Below are positions 63,970-64,000 of a stretch of DNA of 64,000 bases, one piece after another. Each line of letters starts with the position of its first letter. Within the stretch, counting starts at the first letter, position 1. Both the position numbers and the translations under genes were made by a program. The stretch spans positions 73,346,001 to 73,410,000 of the forward strand of contig NC_091481.1 in assembly GCF_036971445.1 (NCBI RefSeq), given 5' to 3'. The notes under the pieces are model-generated. The model did not search any database. It saw only the letters and a list, made by a program, of their open reading frames with translations, and had not been told where the DNA came from. Origin of the DNA: Narcine bancroftii. Lineage: Eukaryota.

Positions 63970-64000
63970 GTATGTTTGTCTTTGAGTAAAAAAAAATAAA

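Overview
Eukaryotic (vertebrate) genomic DNA, very probably from a cartilaginous fish (a ray or skate type elasmobranch, inferred from HE1/V-SINE-like, CR1, Penelope-like and L1 repeat content). Most short ORFs in the supplied track are noise or repeat fragments; the real genes are spliced. Genes reconstructed by hand from GT-AG boundaries and exon phases: (1) HEBP1 exons 2-4 (+, 1462-6092); (2) a 4-exon, ~190-aa uncharacterised secreted coiled-coil protein (-, 17498-11896); (3) a decayed leukocyte-receptor-type Ig-domain gene (+, leader 27793-27841, Ig exon ~30325-30619); (4) complete WBP11 (+, 11 coding exons, 34806-53933, 634 aa) with a CpG-island promoter; (5) the first four coding exons of an unidentified acidic protein behind a CpG island carrying an RFX X-box (+, 61062 to the window end). 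Main oddities: an 81-bp tandem array that repeats the 5' splice donor of WBP11 coding exon 8 six times; minimal dimer-type hammerhead ribozyme motifs in Penelope-derived repeats; a young AviRTE-like RTE LINE; a locally templated 185-bp insertion across the WBP11 promoter; and G-quadruplex-prone tracts next to both CpG promoters. Repeat-family names and comparisons with human or zebrafish genes come from recall, not from database searches, and repeat boundaries are approximate.
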